From: Felis catus
Lineage: Eukaryota
Assembly (NCBI RefSeq): GCF_018350175.1
Contig: NC_058368.1
Coordinates: 137,022,001-137,086,000, forward strand
Length of the DNA: 64,000 nucleotides
Direction of reading: 5' to 3'
Part shown: piece by piece, positions 25,280 through 38,575 of the stretch
Numbering within the stretch: the first letter of the stretch is position 1
Layout of the letters: every line of letters starts with the position of its first letter
Notes under the pieces: generated by a model
What the model was told of the DNA's origin: nothing
Seen by the model: only the letters and a program-made list of their open reading frames with translations
Databases searched by the model: none
Program-made: the position numbers and the translations under genes

Positions 25280-25475
25280 GCCAACATTTATTGAATATTA
25301 CTGTGGGGCAGGCACTGTATGAAGCAATTATGTGAATTGTCACCCTTAATCCTCACAACAAACCCTAAGAGGGTGGTGCTGTTTTACACCTGTCATGCAG
25401 ATGAGATTAGAACTGCCCATTTGTTGATTATCACACTGCTGGCAAGCAAGAGGGTTGGGACTTAATTTTAAGCAG
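25280..25475 (-). mobile_element. MIR
   Basis: tttattgaatattactgtggggcaggcactgt...ttaatcctcacaacaaacccta...cagatgag. Confidence 0.75.
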
Positions 25476-26521
25476 CTACCCCCCACGATGTGAGTCGTGA
25501 GCACGCCTCTGTATGGTCTTGTCACTCCTCCCACATACACCTTGCTTGCTGGGATACCTTCTCACCCTGCTTGATGGCCACATTGTACATGTTGCCAGGA
25601 GGATGGGGACCAGATACATGGAGAGGTACCTGAGTGAGAAAGAACAAAGCCTTTGGTTGTGGCTTTCTATATGGCAGTTGGTGATGTGCTGGCAGGGGAA
25701 GATCAAGAGGGATCCGATGATATGAGATGATCGTCCTTAAAGAAATTCTCAGAGTTTGAACTTGAAATCAGAAGCATCCCTAAGGGATCAACTGACCAAC
25801 CCCTTCATTTTACAGGTAAGAAATAGAGGCCCAGATAATTGCCCACAGCCACGGAGCTGGTGTGGGACTCAAAACTCCTTTCTCTCTGTCTCCCTCTCTC
25901 CTCTCCTTATTTTTGATTTGGTACAAAAGGATGTTTGGTGACAATGTTTCCTCTATACCCCTTCCCCTACCCCAGCCATCCCATTCCCCTACCCAAAGGC
26001 AAATCCTATTAGCAGGTCTATTGTATCCTTTTAGAGATATTCTCTGCACTCGAAAGTATACTTTTATTTTGTTATTAACAAAATTGGTAGCATTATGTAA
26101 CCTGGCACAATCTTGCTTTTTGTACTTAACTATACAGGTTGGAGATCGCTCCATTATTACAACATATCTTTTTTATTTCAAAATTATAACAGCTTTATTG
26201 AGATATAGTTTACATAATATAAAATTCATACATTTCCAACTGTCATTGTGATGAGTTTTAGAAAATTTATGTAGCTATACAATCATGACCAGAATCTACT
26301 TTTGGAAGAATTTCATTACCCCCAAAAAAGTTCATTGTGTTCGTTTGCATTCACTTCCAGCCTCTACCTCCAGCCCAGGCAACCACCCAGCAACTTTTCA
26401 TCTCTATAGTTTTTTGCTTTTCAAAATTTCAAATACATGAAATCATCCAATATTTGTTCTATACCTGGCTCCTTAGATAACATGTGTCTGTTTATTTCAC
26501 TTAACCAATTTTTGAGATTCA

Positions 26522-26730
26522 GGGCGCTTGGGTGGTTCAGTTGGTTAAGTGTCTGACTCTTGATTTTGGCTCAGGCCATGATCTCACGGTTCGTGGATTC
26601 GAGCCACGTTGGGCTGGGCGCTGTCAGTGCAGAGCCCTCTTGGGATTCTCTCTCTCCCTGTCTGTCTGCCTCTCCCCTGCTCGCTTGCTCTCCATCTCTC
26701 TCAAAATAAAGAAGTAAACTTTTAAAAAAA
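26522..26730 (+). mobile_element. Can-SINE
   Basis: gggcgcttgggtggttcagttggttaag head. Confidence 0.9.
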
Positions 26731-27567
26731 GGTTGCTTTTGAAATCCATCTACATTATTGCATATAACAGTATAGTTCCTTTTTGTTGTTGGGTAGTACT
26801 CCATTGTACAGATATAACAATTTTTATCTACTCATTGATTAACCTTTGAATTGTTTTCAATTTGGGGCAACTGTGAATAATGATGCTGCGAACCTTTGTG
26901 TGCAAGTCTTTTATATGGACGTTTGATTTCACTGTTGAGGGGTAGTTACCCAGAGGTAGAATTGCTGGGTTGCATGGTAAGTATATATTTAACTATTTAA
27001 GAAACCGCCAAGCTGTTTTCCAAAGTGTTATACCCTGTAACATTCCCAGTGGCGGTGTGTTAGAGCTCTAGTTTCTGCACATCCTCAACAACGTTTGGTA
27101 TTTTCAGTCTTTTTGGTTTGAGACATTTTACTGGAAGTGTACTGATGTCACGGTTTTAATTTGCATTTTCTTTTACATATCTTTTCATGTGCTTGTTTGC
27201 CATTTGGACATTGTCTGTGGTTAAGTATCCAAAATTTTTGCAGTTTTTAATGGGTTGTGTGTCCTATTATTGAATTGTTAAGAGTAAGAGTTCTTTATAT
27301 ATTCCATATATATTCTTTATCAGCTCTGTTTTGCAAATATTTTCTCCTAGTTAATAGCTTGTCTATTTTTCTAAGGGTGGGTTTTTTTGAACAGCAAAAG
27401 GTTTTAATTTTGACGAAGTCCATTTTATCAATTTTTTCATTGATTGTGCATTTTGTGCTGTAACTAAGAAATCATTGACTAACTATGATGACAAAGATTT
27501 TCTCCTATGTTTTCTTTTAGAAATTTTATAATTTCAACTCTTATATTTAGGTCTATGATATACCCTA

Positions 27568-27898
27568 ATTTTTTTTCTAAATATAATATATTGTCAAATT
27601 AGCTAACATACAGCGTATACAGTGTGCTTTTGTTTTTTGGGATAGAATCCCATGGTCATTGCTTACATACAACACTCAGTGCTCATCCCAACAAGTGCCC
27701 TCCTCAATGGCCATCGCCCCTTTTCCCCTTTCCCTCACCGCCCTACCCACCCTCAGTTTGTTCTCTGTATTTAAGAGTCTCTTATGGTTTGCCTCCCTCC
27801 CCCTCTGTTTGTAACTATTTTTTCCCCTTCCCTTCCCCCATCGTCTTCTGTTAAGTTCCTCAAGTTCCACATATGAGTGAAAACATATGATATATGTC
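27568..27898 (-). mobile_element. Feline L1 3' end
   Basis: cctcagtttgttctctgtatttaagagtctcttatggtttgcctc; homologous to the reverse complement of 51000-51240. Confidence 0.9.
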
Positions 27899-28835
27899 CT
27901 ATTCTAAGTTAATGTATGTGTATGGTATGAAGTAAGAGCCCGAGGTCGTGTTTTCTTTAGGATATAGTTATTCAGTTATTCCAGTGCTATTTGCTTCACA
28001 GATTGTCTTTCCCTCACTGCATTGCCTTTACACCTTTGTCACGGTTGAGCATACCTAGAGTCCATTCCTGGAGTTTATTATATTCGTTCTTTTGTAAGGC
28101 TGTATAATACTCTATTCTGTAGATGCTTAATTCAATCATTTCCTTATTGGTGGGCAATTATGCTATTTTTAATCTTTTCATCCTACTTCAAATAATGCTG
28201 TGGCAAATATATTGCATTGTAGGAATGTGTTTTTGCATCTTATAGGATTAATTCCAAGAGAAGTCAATTGTACATTTTGATAGACATTTACAGATTGCTC
28301 TCTGTAGTAAGTTTTGATCATTCACTATCACACCAGCTGTATGAGTGTACTCTCCAGATCCCCAGAAACAAATATGCTAACAAATGTTTCATCTTTTATT
28401 TCATTAAGTAGGTAAAAAAAAATAGTATCTGGTAGTTTTAATTTGTATTTTCTTATTATGAAGTAGGATGAGTATCTTTTATTCTTTACAAATTTTAGGG
28501 TCAAGTATATTTTATTTTACGTGAAATGTGGTTTATGTCCTTTGCCTCTTCTCTCACCACATTAAGTTCCTTGTGATAAACATTGTGTATATTTCCCCTA
28601 GTTTTGTGTTTGTCTTTTGACCTTGTTTATTGAGTTTTGGCCCTATAGAAGCCTTTTATTTTAAGTGATAATGTATAATAAATAAGTCTTCTGGGTAAAA
28701 CCAGAAAACTTTTCCTACTCTGAGATTAGAAACAAAAATGAATCTGTCATTTTTTTGTATTTTTTACATTCTTATTTATAACATTTAAAGTTTTTGATCT
28801 ATCTGGAGTTCAACTTAAGAAATAAAGTAGGGATT

Positions 28836-29060
28836 GGGGTGCCTGGGTGGCGCAGTCGGTTAAGCGTCCGACTTCAGCCAGGTCATGATCTCGCGGTCCG
28901 TGAGTTCGAGCCCCGCGTCAGGCTCTGGGCTGATGGCTCAGAGCCTGGAGCCTGTTTCCGATTCTGTGTCTCCCTCTTTCTCTGCCCCTCCCCCGTTCAT
29001 GCTCTGTCTCTCTCTGTCCCAAAAATAAATAAACGTTGAAAAAAATTTATAAAAAAAAAA
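28836..29060 (+). mobile_element. Young feline Can-SINE (SINEC_Fc type)
   Basis: Near-identical to the reverse complement of 311-527; CpGs intact; TSD-like tagggat on both sides. Confidence 0.95.
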
Positions 29061-30297
29061 TAGGGATATAAGTTTTCCCCCCTTAAATAGCTACCTAGTG
29101 GCCCTAACATAGTTAATTATATATCCAACGTTCCCCTCTGATAGGCAGTGCTTTTTTTGTCACCTACTAAATTTCCATATGCATTTGGGTTTACTGATCT
29201 ATGTATTCTCTGACTCCTCCTGTCCTGTGTTACTTATATTTTCAAAATAACACAGCAAATGACGCACTTTATGAATTGCTTGCAGTAACACTTAAGTCCT
29301 TTCTCACCTTCTATCCTAGTGTTACTAGCTAACAAAATTCAAACTCTTTTTTGACATCCCAAAGTAAAATACAATTAGGGTAGTAAGTCTCTTTGGAAGT
29401 ATAGGCAAGTAATAATCAGATACTACATTTTTGAGTCAAATAATTCAGTGCTAATCCATGGTTTCCTTCTAGAACAACCAATGATTTTTGGATAGGCTGC
29501 GTCTCTGTACATATGTGTATGTTTATATGTGTATGTTTATATGTGTGTAATGTCCATGTGCCATGAACAGAAGAAATAAGCCTTTATTAAGTAAACTGAG
29601 TCCTCCTCCCCCCAAATCCGTATCGGTTGAAGAACAAATAAATCTAGCACTTTATGTCTTAATCATTCTGGGGTGGGATTTGCTCATGATTCAGGGTCCT
29701 CCCTGGCCTCATGTATGAAATATGTGATGACAAAATTCCTCTCCTAGGAGGGTCAGAAGGAGCACAAAGGAGGCAGTGTAAGTCATAGTAAAGAATGGGA
29801 TGTCTGAGCACTTAGAGGTTGTGAAGGCACGCTAAATAGGATTGCTTTCTTCAGAATGATGTGGTCTTGTGCTGTACCTTCTTTTCCCAAAACTGGGCTC
29901 TCCACTCCTTCTCCAACATCCTGTACAGACCTGGGGCCCAGGCTGCAGCCAGGAGATAAGAACTCTCTACCCCTGGGAACCTGGACCGAGCCAGAGATGG
30001 GTCATTGTGCTGAGGAGGGACTGGGTGGCAGGAACACTGTGGATGAAGTTGGAGGAGATGCCGACTTGCTTGCTGCATTCCTGGATGTCTCCTGAATGTC
30101 AAGAAAGATGATGCTGGGAATAGGCCCTCCTTACCCAGCTCTCTAAAAACCCTGGCAAGAGGAGGGATTCTGCATATACCTATGAGTAACTGTGCAACTT
30201 TTTTTAATGTTCTTCACCCTACAAGTTCAGTGTCTAATAATTCAGGAACCCCATCTTGATGGATTAAGTACAGTTCTCCTTAGCACCTTAAAAGTGT

Positions 30298-30432
30298 TTT
30301 ATATATATGTGTGTATATGTATATATGTATCTAATATACATATATATGTTTTATATATATGTGTGTGTATATATATACACACATATACGTATATTCATAC
30401 ATATAATTATTTTTATATATGTATATATAATT
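30298..30432. repeat. Degenerate (TA/TG)n low-complexity tract
   Basis: Direct observation. Confidence 0.9.
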
Positions 30433-31566
30433 CTTTTTAGCATAATGATGGAAGATCTCTCTTTATTTTTCTTTTTTAACTGAAAAAGTCCTGTAGGGTG
30501 GGGGTTGGGGGAGGGAGGATCCACTATGCTGTGGGGAAGAAAACTGCCTGAACTAGAAAAACAGCAAGAAAAAAGTGGTGGCATACTGTAATGGGTGTTC
30601 AATAAAACTGGGTTGAAATCGTGAAGTTCTTCATCTCCCAGCACTTCCTGTGGAATAAGGCCAGAGGGCCTTGATTAAGGGGGAGAAGCCACCATCTCCA
30701 AGCAGGCAGAGGCCTGGATGAAGCAAACCAGAGGCTATTCCGGTCCTCTCCCTCACTCTCTTCCGGCCCTGCTTCCTTTCCCCACCCCTCCAACAATAGC
30801 CCCCTCTTGATTTCTGTTCCAAGACAGAACAGTGAGTGCAAAGGAAACTTTAAGGATTCTTTCCACAGAGTTTTCTAACTGGGAAAAGTGAGGTGTGTGT
30901 GTTGGCATCTGCTCCTTGGCCGTGATGCTGGAGACTGAGGCCCCCTTCCTTCCCCCAGGGGCAGACTCAAGGCAGGTGGCAGAGTTTCTTGTCCCCAGTG
31001 TCCAGCATGCCAAGGAAGAAGCTGGTAGAGAAGCTCTTCTTCCTGGAAGGACTCTGAGGTTATTCTCTCTTACATGGTTGCTTTTAATTTTTTTTCAAGC
31101 TGCTGAAAGCTGAATGTCTTTTGGGGCTAATGTACCCCAAAATACTTGTCACTACCCCTGCTGGGACTTCCTTACCCTAAGCTAGTAGCTTGTAGGATAC
31201 GCAGACCCCCATCCCCTCCCCAAGATTCATTAGATCTGGAGAAGTCCTGGGAATCTGCCCCAGGTGATTCGGATGTTTGGTGCTCAGAATACACTTGAAA
31301 AACAATACCCCAGATCTTTCCTCTCTCAGATTATCAGGGCCCCTTGATGTGGAGTTAACTTGTTTGGTGAGACCACAAAAATCATACCTAATGTTACTCA
31401 GAGCTGAATAGAGTCAAGACTTAGCCAGTAACCACTATAACCGCTCTCCAAGAGGGAGTTATGTTGTCTTGGATAAGGTCAAAGTTAAAAAATGGCTTTG
31501 TAACTCTTTGGAACAGGAACCTACATTCTGAAATCACTCTGTATACAACAGGTCACAACCCTAAGG

Positions 31567-31697
31567 TAGTGCTGCTCAAACTTGAATTTGTACCTTCTTC
31601 ATCTCATGGAGATCAGGTTAAGATACTGATTCTTTTTTTTTTTTTTAATGTTTATTTCTTTTGAGAGGGAGAGAGTGTGTGCAAGTGGAGGAGGGGC

Positions 31698-31732
<35 letters not shown>

Positions 31733-31983
31733 CCCAAGCAGGCTCCTCACTGTCAGCACAGAGCCCATTGAGGGGCTCAGTCTCACAAACCGTGAGATCT
31801 TGACCTGAGCCGAAATCAGTAGTCAGACGCTTAACCGACTGAGCCACCCAGGTGCCCCAAGATACTGATTGTGATGCAGGAGGTCTAGGATAGAGCTAAA
31901 GGTTCTGCTTTTCCAACAAGAAAAATCATCATCCTGGGTGATGCCATGTTGTTGGTTTTTAAAGTACGTTTAAGGAACACTAC
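31567..31983. mobile_element. MER5-like hAT MITE split by a SINE
   Basis: tagtgctgctcaaactt...gaacacta termini; flanking ccctaagg/ccttaagg 8-bp TSD-like repeat. Confidence 0.65.
31632..31858 (-). mobile_element. Can-SINE
   Basis: 12-bp TSD aagatactgatt at 31620-31631 and 31859-31870. Confidence 0.95.
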
Positions 31984-32771
31984 CTTAAGGAATACTTAAT
32001 TTTTAAAAATATTATTAGCTACAGGTAACACTTTCTCCTTAATGAGAAAGCTGAAAACAAGCCAACATCAGTTTAGTGGCCTTGAGTAAATCACTTCCTT
32101 TCTATAATTTATCGGCTAAACAAGGTGGTTGTTATTCTTTTTTTTTTTTTTTCATTTCTGAAATGGGAGCAAGAGAGTATTAAGTGAAATGATGTGTATT
32201 AAGTCCTTAGCTGGCCCACTCCTCCACAAACACTGCCACTGGTGGTGGTGGTGCTCTGGCGGTGCTCATTCTCCTGTTGGATATCAGTGGCCGTCACAGA
32301 TGGCCAAGCGAGGCCATAACCTATTATTGGAAAATGGGAGGATGGGTCAGACTTGCCTTTGAGTGCCGTGGTACTTGGCTTTATTACTGTGAACAGAGAG
32401 TGCATTTTCCAGTTTCTGCAAATAACAGAAACCTTAGACCCCTCGGGCCCCTTGTTGTTATTCTGTATTTATATTTACCCCCTTATGTTGGCCAAATAAG
32501 TGCAAAACTGCTTCATTCCAGTATTTATTCATTTGATTGTCTCCATTGCCCAATTATGTAAAGGAAAGGGTATTGTGCTCCACAAGGATATCACATTTCC
32601 CTCCCTGGCTTCGCCCCTTCATGTTTGTGTAAACTCAGCCTAAGTGGCATCCCTTTACTTGAATTTACAACCCTGCCTATAAAAAACCAGACAGTGCTGA
32701 GCATTTCCTACAAGGCTGAATTCTGGCTCACAGCTCTTGTAGCCAAGGAAAAACAAATTCATGCGCGCTTG

Positions 32772-32981
32772 CTCTCTCTCTCCCTCTCCCTCTCTCCCTC
32801 TCCCTCTCCCTCTCCCTCTCCCCCTCTCCCTCTCCCTCTCCCTCTCCCTCTCCCTCTCCCTCTCCCTCTCCCTCTCCCTCTCCCTCTCCCTCTCCCTCTC
32901 CCTCTCCCTCTCCCTCTCCCTCTCCCTCTCCCTCTCCCTCTCTCCCTCTCTCCCTCCCTCCCTCCCTCCCTCCCTCCCTCC
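32772..32981. repeat. Pure polypyrimidine tract, (CCCTCT)n then (CCCT)n
   Basis: About 210 bp containing only C and T on the + strand. Confidence 0.97.
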
Positions 32982-33288
32982 AAAAACAATTTGCAAATCC
33001 ATCATCTGCCCAGAAAACAAACGGAAAATAAAATGCAACTGAGTCTTTTTTGTGTATCTGATAAATGTTTATCTCCCAGAGCAAGTGGGTGGGGTCTTTG
33101 CCAAGATGACACATTAATATCCATGTAGTAGCCCCATGCACATAATGGTGGAACGAGCCATAATTCCAGTCAATTCAAGTGGGGAATAAATATGTCAAGC
33201 TGGCAGTTTGGCATTGTCTAGACCCCAAAAAAGTTTGACTAACTTTTTCTTTTTAACTGTTGCATTTGGCTTTATATAAAGATAGCAA

Positions 33289-33599
<311 letters not shown>

Positions 33600-33639
33600 T
33601 AAAGATAGCATATTTCACTCTAAAGCCCACTTATATATT

Positions 33640-33760
33640 ATCTATTCAACAAATATTTATTTTACATCTATTCTATGTCATGTGCTATTCCAGGCTCTGG
33701 GCACATAGCAGCGAACAGATGAAGTCCCTGTCCTCATGGTGCCTACTTTCTAGTGAACTC
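33640..33760 (-). mobile_element. L2 3' fragment
   Basis: attcaacaaatatttat...gtccctgtcctcatgg. Confidence 0.7.
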
Positions 33761-35899
33761 GTATAATACACATATCTCTTGATGAAGACATGTTCTTTCT
33801 CTTTTTCTCTAAATGTCTTTGTTTTTATCTAAAAGTATTTAGTATTTGAATGGTCACAAAAGAGCAGTGATCGTTAGGCCATGTTTGTTGTCTCTCTGTT
33901 CCCGTCAGATGCAGACCTGCGTCCATTGCTGCTCTCTGAACATATGAGAAAAAAATTGAGTGATTTAGGTAGAAATAAGAACAACTTTTTCTATAAGTTG
34001 CAGATTTTTCTTATAATTAAAGCAGACTTAACATGGCTTGTCACTGCTGGTTTTTCACACACCATTATCTGTCTTTTGCCTTTCCATGTCACCATTAACT
34101 TAGGGATGAGGATCTAATGTCTAAAATAGGCTCAGCAAGCATACATTATAAAAGTGTAAAAATAATAAAAAGCTTATGAGATTAAATCTCGCAATAATTT
34201 TTTAAACTTGAGTGGAAAAATTTAGTATCTGGTTTCTTTGACTAAATGAACAACGCATACTCACTATAAGATGAAAACAAGCAAAAAGTGCTGCGCATGT
34301 GGCATTGCAATATTTATACACCTATGTAATTGCTCTTTTCTCTTTTTATGATTTATGTATGGTTCTAGAACCCTGGTTAGTCTCATCAGATTACTTGACA
34401 GTTCTTACTTTATAATACTAACGGCTTCTAGAATAACAACTGATAAATTCAAAACTAATTTTTAGAAAGAATATCCAATGCTGAATAGGAATTCCGCTTA
34501 AAAGCATGGTTCTTAAAACATGCATTTTTATTTAATGTCAGTGCAATCCTGAGGAAAACGAAGTAAGACACTTACCATTCATTTCAGAGAATCAAAGAAC
34601 GTCTGTATCAGAACCAAATAGATCATCCAGGGCAGCGAGCAGGGGAGAAGAGTGGAAACCACCCCCCAGGTGAATTTTGATATACACTTGAACACACACA
34701 GACCACCGTGAGAATTCATCATTTTGCAGACGAGAAAACTGAGGTCTGAGCCAGTAAAGAAACCTTTCACGTCACACATACAGAGAATGATAGAGGTCAG
34801 ACCAGAACAGAACAACCGTGTTGTGACTCCCAGTCTACTCCTTGTTCCACTACACTAAGCCACATTGTGCAAAAAATACCTTTTGCACAACAGTGTAGAA
34901 CAACTCAACTTCAATTTGTTCTCCGAAGATTAAGTTTTCCAAACAAATCTATATTATATCAAAAAACCTCTTAGTCCAACAAAAGAACCTCAAAGTTTTA
35001 CGTTATTAGTGATAGATTTCTGGTTGTTGTTGTGGTTGCATGTTTTCTTCTGGGAAGTGGAGGCGGAAGTTTAACCAAGACCTAAGTTAAAGTATCATTA
35101 GTATTGACAAACTAATCAGCCTGTAGGTTTTAAAGTTTAGAGTGAGCGAAATAGCAGTTAAATGAACCACACCTCCCACCCCACCACCCCCACCTCCAGC
35201 CACACACACACTATTGGTGATCGTGGTGTTCTTTTTATCTGTGTGGACCTAAGTGGCTCTTTACTAAAATGTTTGGGGAGAGAGATCACTGAGTGTGCTT
35301 TGCCCTCAGTAGGGAGAGAACGTGTCATTTCAAGTCCTTTCTGTCTAGCTGAATCATGGAACTGCCACAGTGGTCTCCAAAAAACATGTCTCCAGCCCTC
35401 CAGGGCCAGGGAAAAGGTCACCAATGACCAGAGCTCAAGAGCTGGGGGAAATAGGTGAAAGGGAGAATAAACATCTACAGCCTAATTGCAGTCTTTTCGA
35501 ACATTCGTCTAGGTTGAAAACTTTTATTCCAAGGCAACCTTTCCCCTGCATTGAGCTCTGTTGAACACAGCTGGCATTTTAATGAGACTAAATCTGGTGT
35601 TTCTGCCATTAGCGGAGATGAACATCAAAGCATTAAACTCTACCTTCCTTTGTTTTACAAGAACTTAGGGTTCAGGATACCTTCACTAAATATGTGTCCA
35701 ACTCTAAAGCTATGAGGAATACTTTTGTTCTGATAGACCTTCGGCATAGTATTGATCAAAGATAATAACACAAATTACAAAGGATGTATTCTATTATCAG
35801 CATTAAAAAAATACAGCACCCTCAAGTATTAGTACCTGACTTAAAAAATTACAACTGACATTGATTGACTCCTAATCTTTGTCATGCACTGTCAACAAT

Positions 35900-36100
35900 T
35901 GCCATGGTTAATGCATTGCATAAATAATCTTATTTAATCCCCACAACTGTATTATGTGGGTGCAGTTTTACCTTTGAGGAAACTGAGGCTTAGAGAAGTG
36001 AATAAGCTGTCCTAAAGGCCTGTGGTCAGTAAATGACAGAGCTGGAATTCAAACCCGAATTTGTATGACAACAGAGTCTATGCTTTTGATGTTCTGCTTT
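35900..36100 (-). mobile_element. MIR
   Basis: atcttatttaatccccacaac...tgaggaaactgaggcttagaga...gagctggaattcaaaccc. Confidence 0.8.
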
Positions 36101-37833
36101 CTCCAATTTGATTCACATCCCAACACAAAGGCCTATAGGACACATCCTAATATAATTTAACATTTGTTTGACAAATTTGTAATTTTATTATAGGCACAGT
36201 TCAGGCACAAATAACGAAATCTTCTTTGTGTCAAATTCTGGATCATTCCATGCTGGAGTTCCCCTAATGATATCACAAAAGAGCCTCTGATGACCCCAAA
36301 GAAGAATCACACAGTGGAAGTTTCCACACAGGCTAACTCACTCCTTGCAGTTGAGTGGAGACAGATTGGTAGCAACTAGACTAAATGACTCAATGGCTTT
36401 TTTCTTTAGGGATCTGAATTTCTTCCCCCCAGCATCAAACACATATTCTCATGGCAAAGGCTTAACAACTTAAATGGAAATAATGAATACATATTTTTTC
36501 TTTTAAAGAACACATCCTGAGATCCTTTATCTCGGGGGCCACAGTGAAGACGCATGCTAGAAGTGGGGCTGTTTTCTGCACCACTGTCATCATGCCCACC
36601 TTTTGCCTCACTTGTCTTTAGTCCATGTGACTCTACTGTCCCTTTTTTGTCACACCATGTTCCATCTGATGCTTTTATTCGGTAACCAAAACTACAGAGC
36701 TTTCTATGATGTTGTTTTCATTGAGCACAAAATTAAATACGTTATCAAGAAAAAAATGAAACTGAAAGAAGCAAGTCAAGATCGCAACCAAAAGTTTTCC
36801 ACAGGGGTCACAGTGGCTGACAAAAAAGATGCAAAATGCCCCAGTCTGTCAGTCCTGCCTGCTTTTTGACCTGAAGATCTATGAAACGGGTGGCTAGGGT
36901 AGGTGGTAGGGGCCTGGAAAGCATGTTCAAGTGCTCTTAGAACCATTTTGCATCCTCTAGCAAGCAGACGCTGATCCTAGCTCTCTTAAATTGCTCGCTT
37001 TATAGTGCTCTTAAAGAAAGCCTCTTAAAAAAAGGAGAAGAAAAAAGAAGTCTGACTAATGGAACAAAACCTGCACAACAGCCTGGTTGTATCCTATATT
37101 CTCCCTCTTGTTAAGATGATGGCTCAGTTTTGACTCAAGATGAATTACTTGATTATGGTTAATACACGGTCTGGCCAAACTAATTTATAAATGAGAAACT
37201 AGTTGCTTTTATCACACTCTTCCAAGCCAAGGTTACTTCAATCCCTAAATTTTATAGAAATTAATATTTAAAAAAACTCTGCATGATTTTGTCCTTCACC
37301 CATTCAACACCTCTCTGAATTAAATGATTAATATGAGTGAATATACGTTGTCTTTCCAATTGACCTTGCTGGCCTGTTTTGACAGTGTGCTCTTGGCTCC
37401 CTCATGGCTTGCCATCATGAGTTTTTGGTAATGTTATCCTTTCTGACAAATTTATTTGAGGCAAGTTAGACTTTCAAAAACTAGTTGTCTGCATAAGCTT
37501 GACCAGTTTGCTATGGAAAACCAGGTGCTGGGTGAATATTTTTCAACTGCGTCTGTAGCTTAGTTTTTCACTTGTACTGTAAGAGGAGATCAATCTTAGT
37601 CTTCCTATTCTAGTCACATGTGGTTGTCCAAAACTAAAGCTCCGTGACCCCAAATCTTTGCCGCCTTTTGTGTGGCAGATGACATCTTCCATCAACAGTG
37701 GATAATAAAATTTACATTCAGTCCCCATGTGGAACCTGAACACGTAAGCACTCCCCCACACAGTACAATTCAAAGTGACATTCTCTTCTATTTTCCTTCA
37801 GCCTCAGTGATGCAGAATAACAGTTATACGTTA

Positions 37834-37910
37834 ACATTCCTTTGGCGGGGGCGGGGGAGGGGTGGTCTTGAATATAAAAAAAAGAACAAGAGAAGGCTAC
37901 CCTCAGTCTA
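37834..37910 (+). promoter_or_regulatory. Candidate core promoter (TEAD-like site, GC boxes, TATA, Inr)
   Basis: ACATTCC 37834-37840; GGCGGGGGCGGGGGAGGGGTGG; TATAAAA 37873-37879; TCAGTCT initiator with A at 37905. Motif match only. Confidence 0.3.
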
Positions 37911-38319
37911 GACAATGAGTGACAAAAGTCCCAGAGCAAACCATAGTTGTTAACAGACACCCTCCTAAGGTTCCCAGGATACAGCACTGAGAAGGAGTGA
38001 ATTCTCCAGTGAGACACATCACACACTCCAGGGCTCCTAGTTAACCCGGCCATGTTATCTGTGCCAAAAATCAGTTTTAACACCCTGTCCTCCTCAGCCC
38101 CAGTGCAATTTTATTTCCCGTTCTGCCAGCCTCAGCTCTGCAAAGCATCAGTATTCTCTTAAGAAAAAAAGTAAAAGCTTAAATTCTGGGTCATCCATCA
38201 GTCATACCATTTGATTAAGGATTCTACCCAGCAAGGTATTTTCCATTGAAGGTGCCCACGTCAGTATCCATCCCGGGGACATTGAAATGGAAGTAGAAAT
38301 GATTGCATGGGTAACTTAC

Positions 38320-38575
38320 CAGCTCCTGAGTCTGAATGGCTGCAGCAACCCCAGTGCTTTACCTGATCCCTTGCTCTCTGTCTCTCTCCCTCTCTCTCTC
38401 CCTCTTTCTCTTGTGTACAGATTGCAGGGAACTTAAAGAACTCGCAGGGACAATGTTTCAAATGACTTAAGAAAGAACAGGAACAATACTTCGTTCTCTT
38501 TTTCTCAGATGAGTACCTTCGGGAAGAAGGAAGGAAGGGAGGGGAGAGGGAGGAAGTCAACAACCCTTTGCTTTC
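38320..38575 (-). other. Candidate exon (UTR or lncRNA)
   Basis: Minus-strand acceptor ...ttccttattttttttcag|GAAAG and donor CTG|GTAAGT; no recognisable protein. Confidence 0.3.

Larger units (their letters stand above)
25900..29200 (-). mobile_element. Nested old L1 fragments (L1MB/L1ME-like), antisense
   Basis: cagctttattgagatatagtttacata..., gaattgctgggttgcatggtaag, ttttaatttgcatttt, gttttaattttgacgaagtcc; interrupted by younger SINEs and an L1. Confidence 0.8.

Noticed and set aside
29851..30111. Three overlapping ~80-aa ORFs in unique sequence
   Set aside because: No recognisable homology or convincing splice signals; lengths are within random expectation.
34865..34890. 10-bp hairpin ttgtgcaaaa-N6-ttttgcacaa resembling mariner MITE ends
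   Set aside because: Too short, no TA duplication or element body; compatible with chance.
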